A model generated the notes under the pieces. The model did not search any database and was not told the origin of the DNA. It was given only the letters and a program-made list of their open reading frames with translations. Shown here in pieces: positions 32,379 through 42,247 of a stretch of 64,000 bases of DNA (the first letter of the stretch is position 1; the number at the start of each line of letters is the position of its first letter). The position numbers were made by a program, and so were the translations under genes. Origin of the DNA: Nitrospirota bacterium (GTDB taxonomy: Bacteria > Nitrospirota > Thermodesulfovibrionia > Thermodesulfovibrionales > Dissulfurispiraceae); contig JBFMCP010000003.1 in the NCBI GenBank assembly GCA_040754455.1, forward strand, positions 65,115 through 129,114, given 5' to 3'.

Positions 32379-33694
32379 GAATCAGAATCCAGAATCCAGG
32401 AGTCAGAATTCAGAATGCAAGTAAAAGATATTTTGCTTTTTTATTTTTTCTTTTGGTTTTCATTCTGGCTTCTGACTCCTGGATTCTGGATTCTGCCTTT
32501 GCTAAGGTATATATCGACATCACGTCTCCTGGTCTCAGCAGGCTTCCTATCGCCGTCCAGAGCTTCAGCGACGGAAAGGAAATATCGGATATTGTAAGGG
32601 ATGATCTCACCTTCACCGGTCTTTTTGCCTGTATCGATGAGACTGCGCAGATCGAGCGGCCTGATCAGCCCTTTAGCCCTGCAAACTGGAGAGGGCTCGG
32701 TGCCGAGCTTGTGGTCAAAGGAAGGGTCACCTCTCCCCCGGGCAGAAAGACAATGACTGTTGTGGTTTCCGCCCATGACGTCACCTCAGGAAGTGAAGTC
32801 CTGAAAAAGGAATATTCCGCATCATCGGACCTCCTGAGACTGCTTGCACACTCCATAGCAAACGATATTTATACACTCCTTACCGCTCAGCAAGGGGTCT
32901 TCAAGACCAAGATCGCCTTTGTCGGCGAAAAGGGCGGCAAAAAAGAGCTCTACCTCATGGACTGGGACGGACACCGCTTGCGAGGATTGGGAGTCAACGG
33001 CGGCGTGTTGCTGACGCCGCGCTGGTCATCGGATGGTACAAGATTGCTCTATTCTGCCGAACGGCAGCGGCAGTGGGGATTCTATCTGCTCGATATGAAC
33101 ACGATGCGGGAGAGAAGTATTGCTTTTCTCAAGGGGCTCAATATGGCTGGAAACTTCTTCCCCGGCAACAGGGAATTTGTCTTTTCCTCATCGAAGGACG
33201 GTAATTCCGATATCTTCACAACGGACATAAACGGTGCGCATGATAGAAAGATCATTTCTTCTCCATGGATTGATGTATCGCCGGTGGTCTCGCAGGACGG
33301 CAGTTCCATAGCCTTTGTTTCCAACAGGTCAGGGAATCCTCATATCTATGTCGCGGACAAAGACGGCTATGGCGTGAGGAGATTGACCTTCGAGGGCACC
33401 TATAACACCTCTCCTGCATGGTCGCCTCTGGGCGACCGGATCGCCTTTGTTGGTCGCGCCGGAGGAAGGAACCACATTTTCATAATAAAAACCGATGGCT
33501 CGGCATTGACCCAGCTGACCCAGAAGGGCAATAACGAGGATCCTTCCTTCTCTCCCGATGGCAGATATCTCGTCTTTACTTCCGACAGAGATGGTTCAAA
33601 GGGGCTCTATATCATGAGGATCAATGGCGAAGGGGAGAGGCGTATCACACCGAAAGGACTCAAAGCCTCAAGCCCGAGTTGGTCACCCTACTAA
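32375..33694 (+). CDS. tolB: Tol-Pal beta-propeller protein TolB
   Basis: YIDI, PD40 repeats (P.WS.DG, SPAWSP.G, PSFSPDG). Confidence 0.93.
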   Translation: MRIRIQNPGVRIQNASKRYFAFLFFLLVFILASDSWILDSAFAKVYIDITSPGLSRLPIAVQSFSDGKEISDIVRDDLTFTGLFACIDETAQIERPDQPFSPANWRGLGAELVVKGRVTSPPGRKTMTVVVSAHDVTSGSEVLKKEYSASSDLLRLLAHSIANDIYTLLTAQQGVFKTKIAFVGEKGGKKELYLMDWDGHRLRGLGVNGGVLLTPRWSSDGTRLLYSAERQRQWGFYLLDMNTMRERSIAFLKGLNMAGNFFPGNREFVFSSSKDGNSDIFTTDINGAHDRKIISSPWIDVSPVVSQDGSSIAFVSNRSGNPHIYVADKDGYGVRRLTFEGTYNTSPAWSPLGDRIAFVGRAGGRNHIFIIKTDGSALTQLTQKGNNEDPSFSPDGRYLVFTSDRDGSKGLYIMRINGEGERRITPKGLKASSPSWSPY

Positions 33695-33733
33695 AAACCC
33701 GTCCCGGCGTCGAGCGCGCAGCTTAACGCGTTT

Positions 33734-35551
33734 TTACATTTCTACCCTTGTAATAACGCCGTGCAGTTTATCCGGCGGGAGTTTATAGAACTGGACATAG
33801 GCAGGGGTCAATCGCTTGAAGATCGAGAAGAGTTTCCAGATAATGTTTCTGGTCGAGATATCCTCAAGCCCGTAGAATATAGCCTTTTCGTCAATGCCCG
33901 CCTCCTTGAGTATCTCCTCAATGTCCACCACTTCCATATAGCCGAGCTGTATCTCGAACGTGCGCAGGCCCTCGGCATAGCAGGCTTTGAAAAAGCCGGT
34001 AACGCCGAAAGGGTCGTCGCGCCTGATAATGGATACGACAATATTATCCTCGTATATAATGCCGTTATTGAACATGGTATTTACAATGTAGGGGGGAATC
34101 CACTGTATATCACGTGCGAAAAAGAGCGCAGTCCCTTTGATTTTACTCGCACCCTTATAAAGCTGATTGTATTTTTCCAGAAAGGTCGCGAGGTCCATAG
34201 GCCGAAGCGCGCGGTAGAGCCTCTTTTGTCCCCTGGTATAGATTATAATGATGCAGAAAGGAATGAGTGCGATGATAATTGACCAATAGCCACCGTGAGG
34301 GATCTTGTACATGTTTGAGGTGAGATAAGCGATATCGACAAACGTCACCAGCAGGGAGATGCCTGCCTTCACGAGGTGATTCCTCAAATAAAATATCCAG
34401 GTCATCATAATGCCGGTGAGCGTCATTGTCCCCGTGACCGCAAGTCCGTATGCTGCTGCAAGGCGATGCGACTCACGGAACTCAACCATGATAAACAGTA
34501 CCGAGATGAGCAGGAACCAGTTCACAAAGCCGATATAGATCTGTGACCTCAGCTCGGTGGAGGTGTAATCCACTTTGAAGAGCGGCATGATATGGGTAGT
34601 GATTGCCTGGTAAAAGATCGAGAACATGCCGCTGATCATCGCCTGGGAGGCGATCACCGTAGCAATAATGCTGAGGATAAGGAAAGGCACATAGAGGATT
34701 TGCGCCTCATGGAATATCATCTCGAAGAGAATATTCTTTGCGCCGGGGTGCAGGATGAGGAATGCTCCCTGGCCGAAATAGTTGATGACCAACGCAATGA
34801 AAACGAAATACCATGCCCTGATGATCGGCCAACGCCCGAGATGTCCCATGTCCGCATACAGTGCCTCGCCGCCGGTTGCACAAAGTATGACCTCAGAAAG
34901 TACAAAGAATCCCGCTATGCTGTTCTCTGCAAGGAAATTAACAGCATAGTAAGGATTCACAGCCCTGATCACCGAGGGGACCTGGAGTATTGAAACAATC
35001 CCCGAAATAAACAACGCCGAAAACCACACAATCATCATGGGCCCGAAGGCGCCGGCGACTTTCTCTGTTCCTTTACGCTGAATGGCAAAGAGGGCTATCG
35101 CAATAGCGCCCGCTACCAGGATGAGTGTTTCCTGTCCCGTCCTTTCAAAGCCGGGGATAAGCAGAACTCCCTCGACGGCACTGAGAATGCTTATGGCCGG
35201 GGTGATGACCCCATCGCCGACGAGCAGCGATATGCCGATAAAAGAGAGGAGCGTGACAAATGCCGCTTTCCTGCCCGACTTGAGCAGAGGCACCAATATC
35301 TCCTTGAGCACTATGGTGCCGCCCTCACCCTTCTTCCCGAGGCTCATGGCGAGCCAGGCATACTCAATGGAAACCAATATCATCATGGTCCAGAAGATAA
35401 GAGAAAGCACGCCGATAACATGCGCCTCGGTAGGCTTAAGGAGCAGGAAAACTACAGTGATGGTGTAGATGGGGCTGGTGCCTATATCGCCGAAGACAAG
35501 GCCCAACGATCGAATGATCCCCTTGATCGAGGACTCTTTCTCGAGTGTCAC
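33734..35551 (-). CDS. kup: KUP/HAK/KT potassium transporter (downstream copy)
   Basis: LGLVFGDIGTSPIY, GEGG, GDGVITPAISILSAVEG, TGGEALYADMGH, AAAYGLAV. Confidence 0.96.
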   Translation of the reverse strand: MTLEKESSIKGIIRSLGLVFGDIGTSPIYTITVVFLLLKPTEAHVIGVLSLIFWTMMILVSIEYAWLAMSLGKKGEGGTIVLKEILVPLLKSGRKAAFVTLLSFIGISLLVGDGVITPAISILSAVEGVLLIPGFERTGQETLILVAGAIAIALFAIQRKGTEKVAGAFGPMMIVWFSALFISGIVSILQVPSVIRAVNPYYAVNFLAENSIAGFFVLSEVILCATGGEALYADMGHLGRWPIIRAWYFVFIALVINYFGQGAFLILHPGAKNILFEMIFHEAQILYVPFLILSIIATVIASQAMISGMFSIFYQAITTHIMPLFKVDYTSTELRSQIYIGFVNWFLLISVLFIMVEFRESHRLAAAYGLAVTGTMTLTGIMMTWIFYLRNHLVKAGISLLVTFVDIAYLTSNMYKIPHGGYWSIIIALIPFCIIIIYTRGQKRLYRALRPMDLATFLEKYNQLYKGASKIKGTALFFARDIQWIPPYIVNTMFNNGIIYEDNIVVSIIRRDDPFGVTGFFKACYAEGLRTFEIQLGYMEVVDIEEILKEAGIDEKAIFYGLEDISTRNIIWKLFSIFKRLTPAYVQFYKLPPDKLHGVITRVEM

Positions 35552-35593
35552 GATGATACTTCCTCCTTCAAAGGGGCAAGGAAAGGAGAAAAT

Positions 35594-35619
35594 AAAAAAA
35601 CCGCTGGCATGTCAGCGGT
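35594..35619 (-). terminator. intrinsic terminator, riboswitch expression platform
   Basis: Minus strand ACCGCTG-ACATGC-CAGCGGT followed by a T-run. Confidence 0.85.
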
Positions 35620-35633
35620 CCTCATCTCTGACC

Positions 35634-35771
35634 TTTGCCCTTCCATATGCCTACGAGGTTAGCTGCCGGGCTCGGGCCTGGAAGTGCCCTATCCCCGAGA
35701 AAACCTCGGGGAATACGCCCCCTTGTCGTGGGTCCCCCGCATCCGCCTCTGGCGGATTTCGGCTGCAAACG
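35634..35771 (-). ncRNA. c-di-AMP (ydaO/yuaA) riboswitch
   Basis: Minus strand GCCGAAATCC..GCGGGGGACCCA..GGGGCGTAT..TAGGG..CCCGAGCCCGGCAGCTAACCTCGTAGGC; upstream of kup. Confidence 0.93.
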
Positions 35772-35784
35772 ACTATTTTGAAGT

Positions 35785-35813
35785 ACTTTAATACTTTAGC
35801 TGCTACGTGTCAA
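35785..35813 (-). promoter_or_regulatory. sigma70-type promoter for riboswitch-kup
   Basis: TTGACA-17nt-TAAAGT on the minus strand. Confidence 0.6.
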
Positions 35814-35863
35814 GTGTACCGAGTGTCTCTTACATGCCCCGAGAGAGTGTGCCCGTAGGGCAC

Positions 35864-37678
35864 CTACATTTCTACCCTTGTAATAACACCGTGCAGCTTA
35901 AATGAGGGGAGCTTATGGAATTGTACATATGATGGGGTCAGCTTTTTGATGAGCGCAAAGATCTTCCAAATAATATTTTTTGTCGATATATCCTCAAGTC
36001 CGTAAAATATCACTGTCTCATCGATACCCGCCTCTTTCAGTATCTCCTCGATCTCGACTACCTCCATATACCCGAGTTGTATCTCGAAAGCGCGCAATCC
36101 CGCGGCATAGCTTCCTTTAAAAAAGCCCGTCACCCCGAAGGGGTCGTCACGTCGCACGATGGAAACGATGATATTATCGGTGTAGATAATTCTGTTGATG
36201 AACATTGTCTGGACAATATAAGGAGGAATTTTGCTTATATCCCTCGCAAAAAAGAGGGCGGTTCCTCTGATGCTTCGTTCACTGTTATACATCTCCTTAT
36301 ACTTCTCGAGAAAGACGCCGAGGTCCATTGGTTGGAGCGAGCGGTACAACCTTTTCTGGCCTCTGGTATAGACCATAATGATGCTGAAGGGAACAGCGGC
36401 AATGATAAGCGACCAATAGCCGCCGTGCGGGATCTTGTAGGTGTTCGAGAGGAGATACGCAGCATCGACGAGGACGACAATCAGCGCAACGGCAGCCTTC
36501 AGGCGGTGCTTTCTCAGCATAAATATCATGGTCATCAAGATGCCGGTTATTGTCATATCAACGGTAACCGCCAGGCCGTATGCTGCAGCGAGATTATGGG
36601 ATGCTCTGAAACGCACCATGATAAACAGTACCGAGATGAGCAGGAACCAGTTTACAAAGCCGATATAGATCTGTGATCTCAACTCGGTGGAGGTGTAATC
36701 CACTTTGAAGAGCGGCATGATATGGGTGGTGATTGCCTGGTAAAAGATCGAGAACATGCCGCTGATCATCGCCTGGGAGGCGATAATCGTAGCTATAATG
36801 CTGAGGATCAGAAATGGTATATAGAGGAAAGAGGCCTGATGGAATATCATCTCAAAGAGTACATTCTTTGCTTCAGGATGCCGGAGAAGAAAGACCCCCT
36901 GGCCGAAGTAGTTCAGGAGAAGTGCCGTAAATACAAATACCCATGCTCGTATAATAGGCATACGTCCAAGATGCCCCATATCGGCGTAAAGGGCCTCGCC
37001 GCCGGTTGCGCAGAGGATCACTTCAGAGAGGACGAAAAAGCCCGCGATCCCGTTGTCAGCCATAAATTTGAACGCATAGTAGGGATTGATCGCTTTCAGT
37101 AAAAAGGGTGCGTGGACAAGGGAAGCAATCCCTGATAAAGAGAGCGAGGCAAACCATACGACCATGAGAGGGCCGAAGGCGCCGGCGACTCTCTCCGTCC
37201 CCTTGCGCTGAACAGCGAAGAGGGCAATAGCAATGAGCCCGGCGATTGTGATAAGTGTATTCTGCCCCGTCTTTTCGAGCCCGGGAATGAGGAGCATACC
37301 TTCGACGGCACTGAGAATGCTTATGGCCGGGGTGATGACCCCATCGCCGACGAGCAGCGATATGCCGATAAAAGAGAGGAGCGTGACAAATGCCGCTTTC
37401 CTGCCCGACTTGAGCAGAGGCACCAATATCTCCTTGAGCACTATGGTGCCGCCCTCACCCTTCTTCCCGAGGCTCATGGCGAGCCAGGCATACTCAATGG
37501 TCACCAGTATAATCAGGGTCCAGACAATAAGTGAAAGGACACCGATGATATTGGCTTCAGCAGGCTTCGTGAGGAGGAAGATAACGGAAAGGGTATAAAT
37601 AGGGCTGGTGCCTATATCGCCGAAAACAAGTCCGAGGGATTTGATGATTCCTTTTACATGAGATTCTTTCTCAGGCAT
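35864..37678 (-). CDS. kup: KUP/HAK/KT potassium transporter (upstream copy)
   Basis: Same motifs as 33734-35551; tandem paralog. Confidence 0.96.
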   Translation of the reverse strand: MPEKESHVKGIIKSLGLVFGDIGTSPIYTLSVIFLLTKPAEANIIGVLSLIVWTLIILVTIEYAWLAMSLGKKGEGGTIVLKEILVPLLKSGRKAAFVTLLSFIGISLLVGDGVITPAISILSAVEGMLLIPGLEKTGQNTLITIAGLIAIALFAVQRKGTERVAGAFGPLMVVWFASLSLSGIASLVHAPFLLKAINPYYAFKFMADNGIAGFFVLSEVILCATGGEALYADMGHLGRMPIIRAWVFVFTALLLNYFGQGVFLLRHPEAKNVLFEMIFHQASFLYIPFLILSIIATIIASQAMISGMFSIFYQAITTHIMPLFKVDYTSTELRSQIYIGFVNWFLLISVLFIMVRFRASHNLAAAYGLAVTVDMTITGILMTMIFMLRKHRLKAAVALIVVLVDAAYLLSNTYKIPHGGYWSLIIAAVPFSIIMVYTRGQKRLYRSLQPMDLGVFLEKYKEMYNSERSIRGTALFFARDISKIPPYIVQTMFINRIIYTDNIIVSIVRRDDPFGVTGFFKGSYAAGLRAFEIQLGYMEVVEIEEILKEAGIDETVIFYGLEDISTKNIIWKIFALIKKLTPSYVQFHKLPSFKLHGVITRVEM

Positions 37679-37870
37679 GAGGGTCTTTCATTATGAACAG
37701 GCATATTTTGTAAATCGATAGCATAAACTTTAATGGTTTACACCTTTCCTGTCAAGCCGTCCGGATATACTGCTCCGGAACATTGATCGCCATAGAGAAA
37801 GCTCATTGTTTTCAACTGGCCACTTCGATTAGAATGAAAGTAAATTTGAACAAGTGGAGTACCTATATCA

Positions 37871-38389
37871 ATGAAGCTTACCCATTTCGATGATGAAGGA
37901 AAGGCGCGGATGGTCGATATCTCGGAAAAAGCCCCCACCTGTCGTGAAGCAGTAGTGACCGGCTCCGTTACAATGAAGCCGGAAACGCTTAAATTGATCA
38001 AGAAAGGACAGATCGCTAAGGGAGATGTCCTCGCGGTTGCGCGGATCGCGGGGATAATGGCTGCAAAGAGGACCCCTGATCTGATACCCCTTTGTCACCC
38101 CCTGAATATATCTTCGGTGACCATTGATTTCGACATCGACGAGAACGCCCATAAGGTCAATATTAAAACAACCGTAAAGATCACCGGTCAGACCGGCGTG
38201 GAGATGGAAGCACTTACCGCAACCTCTGTAGCGGCCCTTACTATTTATGATATGTGCAAAGCAGTTGATAAAGAAATGGTCATTTCCGATATCATGCTGC
38301 TCGAGAAACGCGGGGGAAAGAGCGGAATATTCAAAAGAGGACAGAATTCAGGAGCCAGGAGCCAGGAGCCAGGAGGCAAGAAGAAATAG
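37871..38389 (+). CDS. moaC: cyclic pyranopterin monophosphate synthase
   Basis: [47 protein letters not shown]. Confidence 0.97.
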   Translation: MKLTHFDDEGKARMVDISEKAPTCREAVVTGSVTMKPETLKLIKKGQIAKGDVLAVARIAGIMAAKRTPDLIPLCHPLNISSVTIDFDIDENAHKVNIKTTVKITGQTGVEMEALTATSVAALTIYDMCKAVDKEMVISDIMLLEKRGGKSGIFKRGQNSGARSQEPGGKKK

Positions 38390-38434
38390 TCTTTGTCTTT
38401 CTTCTGGATTCTGGATTCTGACCCCTGCCTTCTA
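38342..38434. repeat. heptamer-periodic hairpin (CAGRAKY type) between convergent genes
   Basis: CAGAATT (CAGGAGC)x3 CAGGAGG ... TTCTG GATTCTG GATTCTG ACCCCTG. Confidence 0.8.
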
Positions 38435-38941
38435 TTTATATCTTTTCACTTCAAACCGGAATATCTCAACGTCACTGTCAGCGGGATGAATGCCGGCCTT
38501 CAGCTTGGTGATCCTCAACTGCTCGTCAACGGTATCGACTCCTTCGAGATCAGGCAGGAGCAATCCTTTATGATAGCCCTTCACAACGATCACCCCGTAT
38601 TTCTTCGGATCGAGCTCTGAGAGATCGTTGACCTTTTCAGGGGGTGAAAGGACGTCAACGGTGTAGTCGACATCGGCAAGCTCATCTGCCTGCAGAGGAT
38701 AAAACCGGGGGTCTTCGGTTGCGGCAGCGATGGCATTTTTTACGATCTCCTGATAGATATTTTCACACGTCGGCAAAAACGTGCCGATGCAGCCGCGGAG
38801 CTCTCCATGCCGCTTAAGGCAGACAAACACCCCTGCCCGCTGCCGCAGCTCCTCGGGAAGTTCTTCAGGGACAGAGAGGACCTTTCGAGAGGTGATATAT
38901 TCCTCGACCGCTTTCCGGGCGAGTGCAGCATAGTGGTGCAT
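38432..38941 (-). CDS. amrA: AMMECR1 domain protein (AmmeMemoRadiSam protein A)
   Basis: GVFV.L...G.LRGCIGT, AA..DPRF, GLLLPDLEGV. Confidence 0.9.
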   Translation of the reverse strand: MHHYAALARKAVEEYITSRKVLSVPEELPEELRQRAGVFVCLKRHGELRGCIGTFLPTCENIYQEIVKNAIAAATEDPRFYPLQADELADVDYTVDVLSPPEKVNDLSELDPKKYGVIVVKGYHKGLLLPDLEGVDTVDEQLRITKLKAGIHPADSDVEIFRFEVKRYK

Positions 38942-38943
38942 AG

Positions 38944-39924
38944 CTATTCCTTGCGCTGCATTGCATATTCAGCGAGGACGAGGAGCGCCTCTTTTTCCGC
39001 TGAAGCAGGGAACACATCCAATTCTGCTTTTGCCTCTTCGATGAGATTTTGGGCTATCTTTAACGATTCGTCAATGGCATGATATTTCGAAAAGAGCTGC
39101 ATGATCCGGTCAAGGTGGCCGCTGCTGCCGTTGGTCCTCTCCTTTATGATATCTCTGATCTCGTCCTGCTCGGCGGCAGTGGCGGTCTTGAGCAGATAAA
39201 TGAGCGGCATGGTAATCTTACCCTCTTCGAGGTCCTTGCCGAGCCTCTTGCCGAGATCCTGTTGTTTCGCCACATAATCGAGCACATCATCGGCAAGCTG
39301 GAAGGCGATGCCCGCCTTCATGCCGAACCGGGCCAATGCCATTTCCTTGTCCTCCGGCTGTTCAGCGAGGATACCGCCGATCCTGCAGGCTGCGGAGATC
39401 AGCACGCCTGTCTTGGCGGCAATGATCTCAAAATATTCCTCTTTCGTTATTTCAGGGTCGCCGATTTTATGCAGCTGCAGGATCTCTCCTTCGGTCATCC
39501 TAGTAGTCGCCTCGGAGAGCGCCTCCATGATCTTCTGCTTTTTCTGGTCAACAGCGATCTTCAATGCCTTGGAATAGAGGTAGTCGCCTACCAGTATGAC
39601 CACCTGGTTTCCCCAGAGTGCATGCGCTGCAGGCCTGCCCCGTCGGGTATCGGCACCGTCGATCACGTCGTCATGCAGCAGCGATGCTGTGTGGATCGCC
39701 TCGATGATCGCAGCCAGAAGATCTCGGTCTTTCCCTTTATAGCCGCAGAGATCGGCGCTGAGTAGGAGGAAGAGCGGCCGCATTCTCTTCCCGCCGCTGC
39801 CCATAATATGTTTTCCGATCATGGGAATGAGGAAAACGTTGCTGCTGAAGATGCCCAGGAGCTCCTGCTCGACAGACTTCAGCTCCCCGGCATACTGCGT
39901 GAAAATATCTTTAACATTGATCAT
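38944..39924 (-). CDS. long-chain polyprenyl diphosphate synthase (IspB-like)
   Basis: GGKRMRP, LLHDDVID...RRG, FQLADDVLD, GKDLEEGK.T. Confidence 0.93.
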   Translation of the reverse strand: MINVKDIFTQYAGELKSVEQELLGIFSSNVFLIPMIGKHIMGSGGKRMRPLFLLLSADLCGYKGKDRDLLAAIIEAIHTASLLHDDVIDGADTRRGRPAAHALWGNQVVILVGDYLYSKALKIAVDQKKQKIMEALSEATTRMTEGEILQLHKIGDPEITKEEYFEIIAAKTGVLISAACRIGGILAEQPEDKEMALARFGMKAGIAFQLADDVLDYVAKQQDLGKRLGKDLEEGKITMPLIYLLKTATAAEQDEIRDIIKERTNGSSGHLDRIMQLFSKYHAIDESLKIAQNLIEEAKAELDVFPASAEKEALLVLAEYAMQRKE

Positions 39925-39941
39925 ATCCTTCGTCCCTGCAG

Positions 39942-41006
39942 CTACGGTTTCAACCGTATCGTCTCGATGTCGACCTCTGCCCGCGATAATTTCTTGAGGT
40001 CATGTGGCCTGAACGCGCCCTTCTCGGTAAACAGAGCAGTGACATACCGGGCCGGGGTCACATCAAAGGCTAAGTTTATTACATTGACGCCTTCCGGCGC
40101 AACACGGTGTCCCCAGACCGTGGTCACCTCATCGGCATGGCGCTCTTCAATAGGAATGAGATCACCCGAATCCATGGAAAAGTCGATGCTGCTCAAAGGC
40201 GCCGCTACATAGAAGGGAATCCCATGCTCCCTGCACAGGACGGCTACGGTATACGTGCCTATTTTGTTTGCCACATCGCCGTTCCGTGTGGTCCTGTCAG
40301 TACCCACGATAGCGAGATCGATCATCCCCTTCTTCATCAGGGCCCCTGCGGTGTTGTCCGTAATCAGCGTCACCGGAATTCCCGCCTGCATCAACTCCCA
40401 TGAGGTCAGCCGTGCACCCTGCAGCACCGGCCTCGTCTCATCGGCAATGACCTGAATCCTCTTCCCCTGCTCTTTTGCTGCTATCAGCATCGGCGCCGTT
40501 GCCGTACCATAACCCCCTGTGGCAAGACTTCCCGCATTACAGTGGGTGAGTATGGTATCGCCGTCCTTGATGAAGTGGGAGCCCCACTTACCGATCATTT
40601 TATTGATTTCGATATCCTCTTCGAGAATTTTTTGCGACTCATCGATGAGCAGCTGCTTGAGCGTGCTGACCGATTCCCCTCGGTGCGCTGCGAGGAGCCT
40701 TCGTATTCTTTCTACCGCCCATTTTATATTTACTGCCGTAGGCCGTGTGGCGAGGATGGTCTGCATGACCGGCTCGAGCCGCTCCAGAAAATCATCGGTG
40801 CTTCCAGCCTTTATATCCTGCGCTCCAAGAGCGATCCCCATGGCTGCGGCAATGCCTATGGCAGGAGCGCCCCGTATCCAGAGCTTCTTGATCCCTTCAG
40901 CGACTTTCTGGTAGTCGGTACATTCCACATACGTCACCTCAAGGGGAAGTCTGCTCTGATCGAGCATCATGACCTTGCCCTCTTTCCATTCTATCGTGCT
41001 GACCAT
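39942..41006 (-). CDS. mtnA: S-methyl-5-thioribose-1-phosphate isomerase
   Basis: RGAPAIG, RPTAVN, THCNAGSLAT, ETRP.LQGARLT, NKIGTY; ATG 41006. Confidence 0.95.
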   Translation of the reverse strand: MVSTIEWKEGKVMMLDQSRLPLEVTYVECTDYQKVAEGIKKLWIRGAPAIGIAAAMGIALGAQDIKAGSTDDFLERLEPVMQTILATRPTAVNIKWAVERIRRLLAAHRGESVSTLKQLLIDESQKILEEDIEINKMIGKWGSHFIKDGDTILTHCNAGSLATGGYGTATAPMLIAAKEQGKRIQVIADETRPVLQGARLTSWELMQAGIPVTLITDNTAGALMKKGMIDLAIVGTDRTTRNGDVANKIGTYTVAVLCREHGIPFYVAAPLSSIDFSMDSGDLIPIEERHADEVTTVWGHRVAPEGVNVINLAFDVTPARYVTALFTEKGAFRPHDLKKLSRAEVDIETIRLKP

Positions 41007-42247
41007 TAAATCCTTCCTCCCGCTGGGATCACCGTCGTGACCATCAGAAGCCCGGTAAGGCAGATGATAACAATGACAGTCCCCCACGCAACATAGTTAT
41101 AACCTTTGGGATTTACATGCTCTCCCATCAGCTTCTTGTCGTTTATGAGTAAAATGGCGTACACAAGAACAAAAGGCAGGAGCAACCCGTTGATCACTGA
41201 AGAAAGCACCATGAGGAACACCAAAGGAGCCCCCGGCGATAAAATAACAAGCGCCGCCAATACGATGATAAGCGTATAAATCCACATGAATTGCGGAGCC
41301 TCCCTGAAGGTCTTGTTGATGCCCGCCTCCCATCCCATCGCCTCACAGATATAGTAGGCGGTTGCCAGCGGGACGATGATGGCACCGAGCAGCGAAGCAT
41401 TAGCAAGGCTCAGAGCGAATATGAGCGATGCATAATCTCCAGCAAGGGGCTTGAGCGCCGCCGCCGCCTCTGAGGCCTCATTGATTCTGATTCCGTTCGG
41501 AAACAAAAGCGTACCGCAGGTGACAATGATAAAAAAACTTATGATATCGGTAATGAAACATCCAATGGTCACATCCAGCTTCGAAGCGCGGTAATCCTCT
41601 TTTTTGATTCCTTTTTCGGCAATGGATGACTGGAGATAGAACTGCATCCAGGGGGTTATCGTTGTCCCGATTATTGCAATACTCAATATTATATATTCGG
41701 AATCCCATATGATTTTGGGAACTACCGTACTTTTCAGGACAGGGCCCCACTCTGGTTTCGCCATAAAGCCTGAAATCACATAACCGAAATAGATGAGACA
41801 GGCGGCAAGCAGGATCCGCTCTACAATTCTGTAGCTCCCTTTCGTAACGAGAAGCCAGATGGAAATGGCTCCTATGGGGACCATAATGTATTTGCTCAGG
41901 CCGAGTATCTCCATGCTGGCTGCCCACCCGGCGAAATTGGCAACGGTAGTCCCGAAATTGGCTATGAGGAGCCCGACCATCAGGTAAAAGGCCGTTTTAA
42001 CTCCATAGTGCTCGCGGATAAGGTCGGAGAGCCCCTTCCCTGTCACCACCCCCATGCGCGCCACCATCTCCTGGATCACAATAAGGGCGATGGTCGTCGG
42101 GATCAGCGTCCAGAGCAGGCTGTAGCCGAAACGGGCGCCGGCTACCGAATAGGTGGTGATGCCGCTGGCATCGTTATCGATATTGGCGGTAATGATGCCC
42201 GGTCCCATGATCGCAAGGAAGAGGAGGAATCTTTTCCAGCGCGTCAC
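41006..42247 (-). CDS. Nramp-related divalent metal transporter (probable Mg2+ type)
   Basis: GPGIITANIDNDASGITTYS, QEM.AR.G.VTG.GL, GTTITPWM. Confidence 0.88.
   Translation of the reverse strand: MTRWKRFLLFLAIMGPGIITANIDNDASGITTYSVAGARFGYSLLWTLIPTTIALIVIQEMVARMGVVTGKGLSDLIREHYGVKTAFYLMVGLLIANFGTTVANFAGWAASMEILGLSKYIMVPIGAISIWLLVTKGSYRIVERILLAACLIYFGYVISGFMAKPEWGPVLKSTVVPKIIWDSEYIILSIAIIGTTITPWMQFYLQSSIAEKGIKKEDYRASKLDVTIGCFITDIISFFIIVTCGTLLFPNGIRINEASEAAAALKPLAGDYASLIFALSLANASLLGAIIVPLATAYYICEAMGWEAGINKTFREAPQFMWIYTLIIVLAALVILSPGAPLVFLMVLSSVINGLLLPFVLVYAILLINDKKLMGEHVNPKGYNYVAWGTVIVIICLTGLLMVTTVIPAGGRI

Noticed and set aside
33695..33733. pal missing after tolB (and lpxB missing after lpxI)
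   Set aside because: Gene-order variation is common; these genes may lie elsewhere and absence cannot be judged from one window.
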